64,000 nucleotides of DNA from Alphaproteobacteria bacterium (GTDB lineage: Bacteria; Pseudomonadota; Alphaproteobacteria; MPNO01; UBA830). The notes beneath the pieces are model-generated. The model saw only the letters and a program-made list of their open reading frames with translations. It did not search any database and was not told where the DNA came from. Shown here piece by piece: positions 1 through 7,668 of the stretch. Both the position numbers and the translations under genes were made by a program. Location: NCBI GenBank assembly GCA_964291215.2, contig OZ219791.1:2976001-3040000 (forward strand). Reading direction: 5' to 3'. Positions within the stretch are counted from its first letter, which is position 1; each line of letters starts with the position of its first letter.

Positions 1-38
1 TCCAGGCCGCAAAAAGTGCCAACTTGGGTAAGAGCTCG
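1..38. repeat. IS-end-like sequence shared with 21479-21515
   Basis: tccaggccgcaaaaagtgccaacttgggtaagag (1-34) matches tccaagccgcaaaaattaccaacttgggaagag (21479-21511) with 3 mismatches and 1 gap. Confidence 0.6.
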
Positions 39-355
39 TCGGTCGCTGTATTCCAATAATCCCGATGAGTCCGGAACTTGGTGCGAACATCCTTCGTCAG
101 GTCCGTAATCACCACTTCCAATTTGACAGGTATGGGATTTTCATCGCCGTCCAGATAGCGCCGCTGGAAGAAGTCATGTTCGTCTATCGGGTTGCTTCGA
201 GACAGGCGGTCCGGCCCAAGCAAGAGATCCAAAGCCTCGCAGAGGGTCGACTTGCCGACGCTGTTTCCACCGATGATGACTGTGTGACCGGGGAAGAGGA
301 CTTCGCCGTTGGCGACGCTGCGGAAGTTCGTGAGGTTGAGGCGGCGTATCCTCAT
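1..355 (-). CDS. OLD-family / GajA-like ABC-type ATP-dependent nuclease, 5' part (runs off window; possibly interrupted by an IS end at about 1-38)
   Basis: Not in the ORF track. Manual translation from ATG 355 gives MRIRRLNLTNFRSVANGEVLFPGHTVIIGGNSVGKSTLCEALDLLLGPDRL..., a typical OLD/AAA_15 N-terminus with Walker A GGNSVGKST. Confidence 0.8.
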   Translation of the reverse strand, partial: MRIRRLNLTNFRSVANGEVLFPGHTVIIGGNSVGKSTLCEALDLLLGPDRLSRSNPIDEHDFFQRRYLDGDENPIPVKLEVVITDLTKDVRTKFRTHRDYWNTATDELLPKLALFAAW

Positions 356-400
356 ACATCATTCCTTGCTGACCGATTGGGGCTGGAAGGTTGCCATATT

Positions 401-1210
401 CTACGGCAGGGCGGATTGCGATAGCGGGAGCCTCACGAGGTATCGGCTCCCGATCAGGGACATGAAGTGTCCCTCGATCCGGTGCGCGATGAGCTGCGAG
501 TCCGCGAGGAGGCCGAGTTCGATGTTTCGTTCCTGTGCCGCTTCCGTGAAATTCGCGGAGGTCACGAGCGCCTCGCGGCCGTCGATGACCACGCACTTGG
601 CATGCATGGAACTGGCGGTGCGGCCTGCGGGCTCCAGCGACCGGGGGTCGTAGTAGACGCGAGGCAAGCGGTTGCCGGGCCATTCGTTGCGCACGAATTC
701 GTTTGCGAAGCGCCGGAGGATGTCGCGGTCAATGGACGTATCGCTGTGTTGACGGCGGGCGTCGATGCAAAGGACTGCATCGAAAGACCCGTCGTTGTCG
801 AGCCGGTCGGCCAGGGTCTTGAACACGGACTTTCCCTGATGCACCGCAAAACCGACAGCCAGCACTCGCTCGCGCGCCTTGCCGAACAACTGCCGCATGA
901 CCGCGCCGGTATCGCGCGTGTCGCCGGTCGCATCCGGGCCGCTGACGACCACTTCGATGGGTATTGAGGAAGCACCGGTCGCTTGAGCGCCAGCGGCGAA
1001 GGCACGAAGCAGGAGCGCGATGTGAGCGGGCGGTATGCCTTTCGCATCCAATTCCCCGAGGCATCGCGCCAGCGGTGCGGCGTGCGCCGCAGCAAGGTGA
1101 TCGCGCAGCGACAGCGCACTCAGGGGCGGCGTCAGAAGGCCGGCCTCCAGCAGGTCGGCCAGCCGGAGGAGATCCGGCCGGTTGGCTGCAGCCAAAGCAT
1201 AGAATTCCAT
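401..1210 (-). CDS. drmC: DISARM phospholipase D-family nuclease DrmC
   Basis: HKD motif MHAKCVVIDGREALVTSANFT; last gene of the drmA-drmB-drmC run; start abuts the drmB stop. Confidence 0.9.
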   Translation of the reverse strand: MEFYALAAANRPDLLRLADLLEAGLLTPPLSALSLRDHLAAAHAAPLARCLGELDAKGIPPAHIALLLRAFAAGAQATGASSIPIEVVVSGPDATGDTRDTGAVMRQLFGKARERVLAVGFAVHQGKSVFKTLADRLDNDGSFDAVLCIDARRQHSDTSIDRDILRRFANEFVRNEWPGNRLPRVYYDPRSLEPAGRTASSMHAKCVVIDGREALVTSANFTEAAQERNIELGLLADSQLIAHRIEGHFMSLIGSRYLVRLPLSQSALP

Positions 1211-3018
1211 CACGACCCGTGTTCGGAGGGATCGAAGAAGGCAGCATCGGCCAGACTGACGGTCGGAACGACAAGCGCCCGGTCGAGGAAATCGTTGCGT
1301 TGTTCGCAGCTCGTTTCCGCGATGAGCAGGCAACCGTGACAGGCGGCTCCTTGCAGCAAACGACCTTCGAGTGGGAACTCAGGCGCATGTTCGGCGCACA
1401 CCGGATCGTTGGAACACAGTTGGCCGTCGCGGACAGCGCGGCGAAGGTGATCGCCGAGGCGCCGGCCTGTCTCCACCAGTCCGCCCAGCGTGCCTTCGGA
1501 GTCGGACGATCCGGTATAGATCAATATTCCGTACCCACCATCGCCGGAATAGACGCGTTCGCGCAGGGAACTGGCGGGATAGCCGCAATCGAGTGCGATC
1601 GAGGTCATCAGCATGTGCGAGAGAGAGTGCAGCATGACATAGGCCAGTCCGGGAAATCCGTCCTCGGGGCGATGGCGCTCGGCGGCCCATATGCGCCACC
1701 CCTCCAGAAGCTGGTGTCCGCGATCCTGGACGCCAGGACGCGCGAGCCACTTCTCCATCGCCTCGGCCCTGAAGGAAAGGAAGATGCCCTCGCCGCGGTT
1801 TTCGACGGCGGGCAGCCAAGTGACGGTTTCGGCGAGCGAGGCTCTGATAACATCCAGATCGAGCTCGCCGTCCTTGTCCGGGCTGACTGCCTCGAACCGG
1901 GTGAATCCGAGCAGTGACACGACTTCGCGCAGGCGATGCACCAGCACCAGCTTGTCGACAGGCGCGAGCAGGGTGTCCTCGTCGGGATCCCAAACCTGGC
2001 GCGGTAGCGTCTCGGCGTGAAACTTCGAGCGCGGGTCGTTCTCACCGATGAAGTCGTCTCCCTTGTCGAGGATATCGAACTCGGCGGCCTTGACCGGCAC
2101 GTCGTCCCGCTCTCCGCCGCCCTGCTGGCGGTGGTACTCGGCAAGCACGGTTTCGTCGCCGGTGCCGGCGAAGGCGGCGTCGAGTTCCGGCATCTTCCGG
2201 AAGTTTTGCAGCGCGCCCAGATCGTCGGCCGCCTTCAGCCGGTCGTAGTGCACGGAGACCTTCGCCGCCAGTCCAGCGTCGTATTCGGGCAGCGAAATGA
2301 CGCTCATGACCTGCGGAAAGTATGCGTTGCTCGCGGTGCGCACCAGCAACCGGTAAGGCTCACCACAAGCCTCCCTCGCATACTGCCCGATCCACGGGCG
2401 CTTTCCTTCGCACTGGCCGAGGGCGCCCGTGCCGGGGCTCGAAGCCTCGTAGAGCGAGCGCTCCTCGCCGCAGTCGCAGACACAGAAGGTGTCGCCGATA
2501 TGTGCGCCTGTGCCGCGTTCCTCGAGCCAGAGCGGGCGCCGGCATGTCCTCCCGCTCTGGTGAACGAACCGGCGCCAGTCCAGGTCGTCGATATGGCCGC
2601 GCCGACAGCCGCAGACGAACCTCACGGGTACCACCGGTTTGCGCTTGCCGTCTTCGTCGCGAAAGCGGCCTCTGTCGAGGTGATCCCATCGCACCAGCCG
2701 GCGCCGGCGCCACTGGGGGTTGCGGGGCGATGGCCTGGCGTCCTTGACCAGGAACCAGGTGGGGAAGATGCGTGCGCCAACGGGCGCGACCTGGCGAGCG
2801 TTCTCTTCGTGGCGCGGCGGCGTCCAGAGTTCAAGCGAGGGAACGTCCAGCAATCGCTGCAGCTTGGCGGCAAGACGTGGCTCGTCGACTTTCTCCCGCC
2901 GCAAATGAGCCCAGTCCTGAAGGCCGGAGACGATGATCGAGTAGTCGGGGAGGTCGATCATCGCTCCCGGCCCATAGGTCGTGATCAACTGGCTCTGGCG
3001 AACGATATTGTCGGTCAT
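1210..3018 (-). CDS. drmB: DISARM DrmB (DUF1998)
   Basis: N-terminal VRQSQLITTYGPGAM; C-terminal DUF1998 motifs HSLSHMLM, GTLGGL and CSNDPVC..ACHGC..SCE. Confidence 0.92.
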   Translation of the reverse strand: MTDNIVRQSQLITTYGPGAMIDLPDYSIIVSGLQDWAHLRREKVDEPRLAAKLQRLLDVPSLELWTPPRHEENARQVAPVGARIFPTWFLVKDARPSPRNPQWRRRRLVRWDHLDRGRFRDEDGKRKPVVPVRFVCGCRRGHIDDLDWRRFVHQSGRTCRRPLWLEERGTGAHIGDTFCVCDCGEERSLYEASSPGTGALGQCEGKRPWIGQYAREACGEPYRLLVRTASNAYFPQVMSVISLPEYDAGLAAKVSVHYDRLKAADDLGALQNFRKMPELDAAFAGTGDETVLAEYHRQQGGGERDDVPVKAAEFDILDKGDDFIGENDPRSKFHAETLPRQVWDPDEDTLLAPVDKLVLVHRLREVVSLLGFTRFEAVSPDKDGELDLDVIRASLAETVTWLPAVENRGEGIFLSFRAEAMEKWLARPGVQDRGHQLLEGWRIWAAERHRPEDGFPGLAYVMLHSLSHMLMTSIALDCGYPASSLRERVYSGDGGYGILIYTGSSDSEGTLGGLVETGRRLGDHLRRAVRDGQLCSNDPVCAEHAPEFPLEGRLLQGAACHGCLLIAETSCEQRNDFLDRALVVPTVSLADAAFFDPSEHGS

Positions 3019-3025
3019 GGGGCGG

Positions 3026-6000
3026 CTATTCGATGTCTCGACCTTCGGGGGTCTTGATGCCGAGCAGCACGCCCGGTTCGACATCACGCAACGACCGTGG
3101 CGCCCGGAACCGAAGCTGTATGTCGTTGAGCATGTCGCGATCCGGATCGATCATCTCGCGCAACAGCGGCGTGGCCGTGCCGCTGTCTCGGCCGCGCGCA
3201 TAGCCGAAGGCTACGCCGCCCTGTCCGGCTTCGTGGGCGAGATTCGCCCAATCGTCGAGGAGGCTCTGCACGCGGTTGCCCACGTGAGCTGCGAAGCTTT
3301 CGGGAAGGCCGTCGGCATGGCTGCGCGCCCTTTCGCTAACGGCCCGAGCCAGGGCTGCTGTTTGCGCGCCGTGGTTCTCGACGCTTCCCGCCGCCTGCAT
3401 CGGGGTCAGCTCAGGAATGCCGAGCCTCGCCAGGGCAACCGTGACCGCCGGCAGGGCGCGGTCCATGGCGCGCGGCGAGAACGGTGTGACGCTGGTCGCC
3501 TCGACGCCGCGATAGAAGGACTCGTGCCAGGCGGCGAAGCGTTCGTAGTGCGAGCGGTCGCGCGGCTTGTGGATGTTCAGGAGCGTCACCACCAGGCCCG
3601 GCCGTTCCGGGTCGCGGCCAACCCGGCTCGTCGCCTGGATATACTCCGCGGTGGTTTTCGGCTGGCCGGAGACGAGCATCAGGCCGAGCCGCGTGATGTC
3701 GAGCCCGACGGAAATCATGTTTGTTGCCAGGGCCACGTCCACACGGTCTTTGTCCGCGAATCCCAAGGAGAGCCGACGCTTGGCTTCGGCGACATGGGCA
3801 GTATCGACTCGGGAGGTCAGTTCGACCGGCTCGAATGCGATCTGTCTGTCGGCGAACAGCCCGGTCGTCTCGTCGAGGCGTTTGTGTTTGGCATAGATCT
3901 GGAGACGGGAGCCGACCTCGTCCTCGACGATGCGCCGCGCGCTGCCCAGTTCACGCAGGGCATTGAAATACGCGACGGCCGTCATGTAAGGGTCGGCCGG
4001 GTTGATGCCGCCCGGTTTCGCTGCGGCCTCCCATGCGGCCTGCGCCGCAGCCATCAGAGTGATCGTGCTTCGCAGGAAGATGACCTTCGGCCCCCGCCCC
4101 TGCGCGGCGATGCCGAGATAGAGCCGGGGGTTCGCCTCCTGCGGCAGCGCCTGTCGGGCGAAGAACGAATCGCGCCGATCAATGCCCGGGGCCGGAAACA
4201 CCGCGACAGAGGACCGGCCGAACAGGGCGCGAATCTGCTTTCGAGCGAGACGGACGGTCGCGGTCGAGGCGATGATCTTCGGGCGCACTTCCCTGCCGTC
4301 GATCCGGCGTCGACAGAGGTGGTCCACCGCCGTCTCGTACAGACCTGCCATGGTGCCGAGCGGCCCCGACATGAGATGCAACTCGTCCTGGATCACGAGG
4401 TCGGGCGGGCGCGGATCGTTCGGATCGCCGCCCCGGAAGAACCTTGCCGTGTCTCCGTTCCACGGCATGGCGGCGAACTTGTCGGCGGTCGCGATCATGA
4501 AGGCGGGCAGGCGATCGTATATCGGCTCGTCAACGGCGACGATGGGCAGAGGACGCCTCCCCGCGAAATCGCAGCGGCGGCTCGCACAGCGCACCAGCAG
4601 GTTCGTCGGATTGTTGGTATCGGGCGTGAGGAGGAAGGAGTGCTTGCCGAATTTCGTGCCGCACCAGGGACACCGATCCAGAGGCAAGGGAGGATCGCGG
4701 GAAGTATCGCGCGCGAAACGCAGGGTCTTGGTGCGCGCGGTCCTGTCGGACGAATCGCCCTTCCGGCCCATGTGGTTGGGCGTTGCAGCGCGGCCCACCC
4801 AGAGCGCAATCTCGAACGGCCACGTTCCAAGCCGTTCCGGATGTGCTTCGCGTTCCAGCTCAAGGGCGCAGATCAGCGCCGCGGCGCGCCCCAATTGGTC
4901 GAGGGTCAGGAGCCGAAGCGTGTAGCGCATCAGCACCGAGAGGCCGCGATGGACGGGATCGGGATCGCGCAGCCGGCGCAGGACCAGCGTGAACGCCGCC
5001 AGTCCGAGATAGGCTTCCGTCTTGCCGCCGCCCGTGGGAAAGAAAAGGAGATCGACGATCTCGCGTTCGACATGGATGGGCTCGGCGATGCCGCGCAGGT
5101 TCATAAGGATGTAGGCAAGCTGGAAGGGGCGCCACGCGGGCGGGTCCACCGCCTCGGGCGCGATGCCTTCTTCCTGCGCCCTTCGCCGCCGGGCCGCCGC
5201 CGCCATGGCGCGGTTGGCGATGCGAAAGGCATCCAGGAGGTCGGGGTCATCAAGCAGATCGATGCCGGCCTGGATGCGATCCGCTGCAACGGCTGCCTGG
5301 CTCACCAGCTGGTCCGCGACCTCTCGTCGTCCGCCCGAGAAGGCTTGTGCGTGTTTGCGCTGGTCTTCGATCCAGGCGCGATAGGCGCCGACCAGAGGGT
5401 TCAGCATGTGCCTGGCGTCGGCCCCGTCGCTCAGGGCGCCCAACGCCTCCATGCCGAACTCGACATCGGCGACAGGCGACGGTTCCACACGCTCCACCGC
5501 TGCTTGGGGCATCCATTCGGCATGCAACCGGCGACAGTCGCCGTCGGTGGTTTCGGCTCGCGCGGACACGTTGTGGCCGACGGCATATTCGACCGCATCC
5601 CGGTAATGCAGGTCGGCGAGACGGTCGTCCCAGTCGTCCCTGTCAATGCCGCGAGGATCGTGTCGAGGGACGAACGGTCTGTCCGCTTCGACAGCCATCC
5701 CGACCTGAAAGGCAAAGGCCGTGTCCTGCACATCGTCGTCCTTGGCGGCTGGCCGCCGATTGACGACGAACAGGGAAATGGCGCGGTCGTCGAGATCGCC
5801 TTCCGCCCCTCGTACCTTGATCGGGCGAACGAGGCAGACGAGTTCGAGACCGCCGCTCTCCGGCATGTCGAAGCGCGTGCGCGTCCCGGACTGGATCGAC
5901 GCGAGATCGATATCGACGGTGTTTGCGCCCGGTCGGCGACGCCATGGCGCGAAGCGACGCTGGGCCGGGCCTGCGACCGCATCGCCGCTGTCGGGCTCCT

Positions 6001-6418
6001 CGTCGCCGGCTGCGGTATCGCCCGCGTCTGCTTCTTCTGGCGCGTAGTCGCCCCAGGAAAGCTGCACACGCAGATGCCGGGCGGTCGCGTCCGCCAGAAC
6101 GCTCAGCCCCATGGATGAAGGCAGAAACACGCGCTTGCCGCTGCCGCGTTCCGGCGTGCCGGCGTCGTCGCCTCCCTGCGCGGGTTCAGCCCCTTCGTCG
6201 AGCTCTTCTTCGGCGTCCTGTGCCCGCTGCGCGTCCGATGCGCCTGTCGGTACGAGGAACCCGGTCAGATACCAGCGGGATGGCGCCATTGACAGGCGCT
6301 CGTGCTGAAGCGCTTCGTCCCCGGGGCGCGGGCCGACCAGGTTGAGCCGCAGCGCCTCCACCAGGTAGTCGCGGACGTCAGCACTCGCGTTCAAGGGTGT
6401 GTTCGGCTCGCCTTTCAA
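3026..6418 (-). CDS. drmA: DISARM helicase DrmA
   Basis: SF2 motifs FPTGGGKTEAY, IQDELH, ATNMISVGLD and QATSRVGR; PSRWYLTGFL and PSSMGLS at the N-terminus; adjacent to the DUF1998 gene. Confidence 0.93.
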   Translation of the reverse strand: MKGEPNTPLNASADVRDYLVEALRLNLVGPRPGDEALQHERLSMAPSRWYLTGFLVPTGASDAQRAQDAEEELDEGAEPAQGGDDAGTPERGSGKRVFLPSSMGLSVLADATARHLRVQLSWGDYAPEEADAGDTAAGDEEPDSGDAVAGPAQRRFAPWRRRPGANTVDIDLASIQSGTRTRFDMPESGGLELVCLVRPIKVRGAEGDLDDRAISLFVVNRRPAAKDDDVQDTAFAFQVGMAVEADRPFVPRHDPRGIDRDDWDDRLADLHYRDAVEYAVGHNVSARAETTDGDCRRLHAEWMPQAAVERVEPSPVADVEFGMEALGALSDGADARHMLNPLVGAYRAWIEDQRKHAQAFSGGRREVADQLVSQAAVAADRIQAGIDLLDDPDLLDAFRIANRAMAAAARRRRAQEEGIAPEAVDPPAWRPFQLAYILMNLRGIAEPIHVEREIVDLLFFPTGGGKTEAYLGLAAFTLVLRRLRDPDPVHRGLSVLMRYTLRLLTLDQLGRAAALICALELEREAHPERLGTWPFEIALWVGRAATPNHMGRKGDSSDRTARTKTLRFARDTSRDPPLPLDRCPWCGTKFGKHSFLLTPDTNNPTNLLVRCASRRCDFAGRRPLPIVAVDEPIYDRLPAFMIATADKFAAMPWNGDTARFFRGGDPNDPRPPDLVIQDELHLMSGPLGTMAGLYETAVDHLCRRRIDGREVRPKIIASTATVRLARKQIRALFGRSSVAVFPAPGIDRRDSFFARQALPQEANPRLYLGIAAQGRGPKVIFLRSTITLMAAAQAAWEAAAKPGGINPADPYMTAVAYFNALRELGSARRIVEDEVGSRLQIYAKHKRLDETTGLFADRQIAFEPVELTSRVDTAHVAEAKRRLSLGFADKDRVDVALATNMISVGLDITRLGLMLVSGQPKTTAEYIQATSRVGRDPERPGLVVTLLNIHKPRDRSHYERFAAWHESFYRGVEATSVTPFSPRAMDRALPAVTVALARLGIPELTPMQAAGSVENHGAQTAALARAVSERARSHADGLPESFAAHVGNRVQSLLDDWANLAHEAGQGGVAFGYARGRDSGTATPLLREMIDPDRDMLNDIQLRFRAPRSLRDVEPGVLLGIKTPEGRDIE

Positions 6419-6474
6419 TTTTCCAGCCTCAGAATTTCTTCTCTAACGATCCTGCAGCGCACCCCGGAAAGGGG

Positions 6475-6480
6475 ATTATA
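6475..6480 (-). promoter_or_regulatory. Possible internal -10 box (TATAAT) upstream of drmA
   Basis: Perfect TATAAT on the minus strand about 55 bp upstream of drmA in a 200-bp AT-richer gap; no convincing -35. Confidence 0.3.
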
Positions 6481-6620
6481 TCCATTGCTTGGAGTCTGCG
6501 CCGCAGAAAATTCTATTGGACAGCACCAAGTCATCCTCTCTCGTAAACGTAACGTCGCCGAAGTTCATCCGGACGGATCATGAGAGCGGGTGAAATGTTG
6601 CCATTTGTCGCCACAAGAAA

Positions 6621-7169
6621 TCAGCGGCCCACCAGACGGGCAGCGTTATCGACCCATGTGCCGAGGTCGTTTGCCGAAGTGAATATGGAGGCTCCCGGTT
6701 TCCAAGTATAGGTCTCGAAGCGCTGGCTGGCTTTCTCTGGGTAGATCTTCTGGGGCCCGTTCTTCGGCGGCATGTTGTGGTTGTCCAAGGGATTGGGTGG
6801 CGGAAAAATGACATCGGTGACAGGATCGGTAAAGGATCGAGGATCGTCCCGTTCGCCTTTCAGTTTCAGCGTGTGTATGTACACGCCAAGTAAACCCATG
6901 CCTTTGGCAATGGACTCTTTGATCTCGAAATTGACCCATCTGCTCCGGTGGGTGGCAGTGCCGATCAGCACGCAAGTGACCGAGCAGCCGCGCATCTGAT
7001 TTCGAATCCAGTTCTTGATGGCGATGTCGCCGGTTCGCTTGACTTGCTCGTATTCCGCCTTGTCCCGGAAACCCGAGCGTTGCTCGCCGATGAATCTGCC
7101 CGAGTTGCGGACCTGGTTGACGCGCCATACATCGTCGTAGTCGAAGCTGAAAAATACGACTCTGGTCAT
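6621..7169 (-). CDS. ThsB-like TIR-domain protein (MTH538/DUF1863 type)
   Basis: VFFSFDYDDVWRVNQVRN, IKNWIRNQMRGCSVTCVLIGTATHRSRWVNFEIKES (catalytic Glu retained) and GLLGVYIH; AAGGAAAA RBS. Confidence 0.9.
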   Translation of the reverse strand: MTRVVFFSFDYDDVWRVNQVRNSGRFIGEQRSGFRDKAEYEQVKRTGDIAIKNWIRNQMRGCSVTCVLIGTATHRSRWVNFEIKESIAKGMGLLGVYIHTLKLKGERDDPRSFTDPVTDVIFPPPNPLDNHNMPPKNGPQKIYPEKASQRFETYTWKPGASIFTSANDLGTWVDNAARLVGR

Positions 7170-7235
7170 CGATTTTCCTTGTCCGTTCCCGGAAATCGGA
7201 GAGTGGGCGCTCGGAGCATGGCTGCGGTTTCTGGC

Positions 7236-7640
7236 TCACCCGTCAACGGCAAACACGACGGCCAAGACAAATATAATCAGGGTGCCGTAAAAGAACGTCA
7301 GCGTGCGGGAGAACATTGTCCCAAGCCAGCTTCGGCGCAATGGTCCTCTGTAGGTGCGGACATCCATCGAGAAATCGATGTTCTCGGCAGGCAGGGCGCG
7401 GACATTGTCGTAGTGGGCCCGGAAGAGGCGTTCCTGCCACAGGAAGTAGCCGTCGAGGCCCCAGAAGGCGACAATGGGGAGGAGCGCGATGTAGCCGGAG
7501 TCGAAGGCACCCTGGCGGGCCAGGAGGACGAACAGGGCGGCGACCAGGAACACGGTCCAGCCCTTCATGCGGAAGGAATCGGAAGCAAGGCGGTTGATGA
7601 CGACCTGAATGAGTTCCAGGTGCTTGAGCTTGCTTTCCAT
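7236..7640 (-). CDS. Small (134 aa) predicted 3-TM protein, putative membrane effector paired with the TIR
   Basis: MESKLKHLELIQVVINRLASDSFRMKGW followed by three hydrophobic segments (TVFLVAALFVLLA; YIALLPIVAFWGLDGYFL; TLTFFYGTLIIFVLAVVFAV). Confidence 0.8.
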   Translation of the reverse strand: MESKLKHLELIQVVINRLASDSFRMKGWTVFLVAALFVLLARQGAFDSGYIALLPIVAFWGLDGYFLWQERLFRAHYDNVRALPAENIDFSMDVRTYRGPLRRSWLGTMFSRTLTFFYGTLIIFVLAVVFAVDG

Positions 7641-7668
7641 TGGTAGGGCTCTCGAGTGGGTGGAGGGG

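Noticed and set aside
2981-6118. 1045-aa plus-strand ORF (and similarly 11043-13460 +, 37409-41215 -, 55669-57810 -)
   Set aside because: Antisense shadows of well-supported genes (drmA, drmD, aspC/EF-G, secDF), expected in high-GC DNA; no motifs.
6621-7640. Canonical Thoeris (ThsA + ThsB)
   Set aside because: The partner has no SIR2/SLOG or Macro domain and is only 134 aa; treated as a non-canonical candidate instead.
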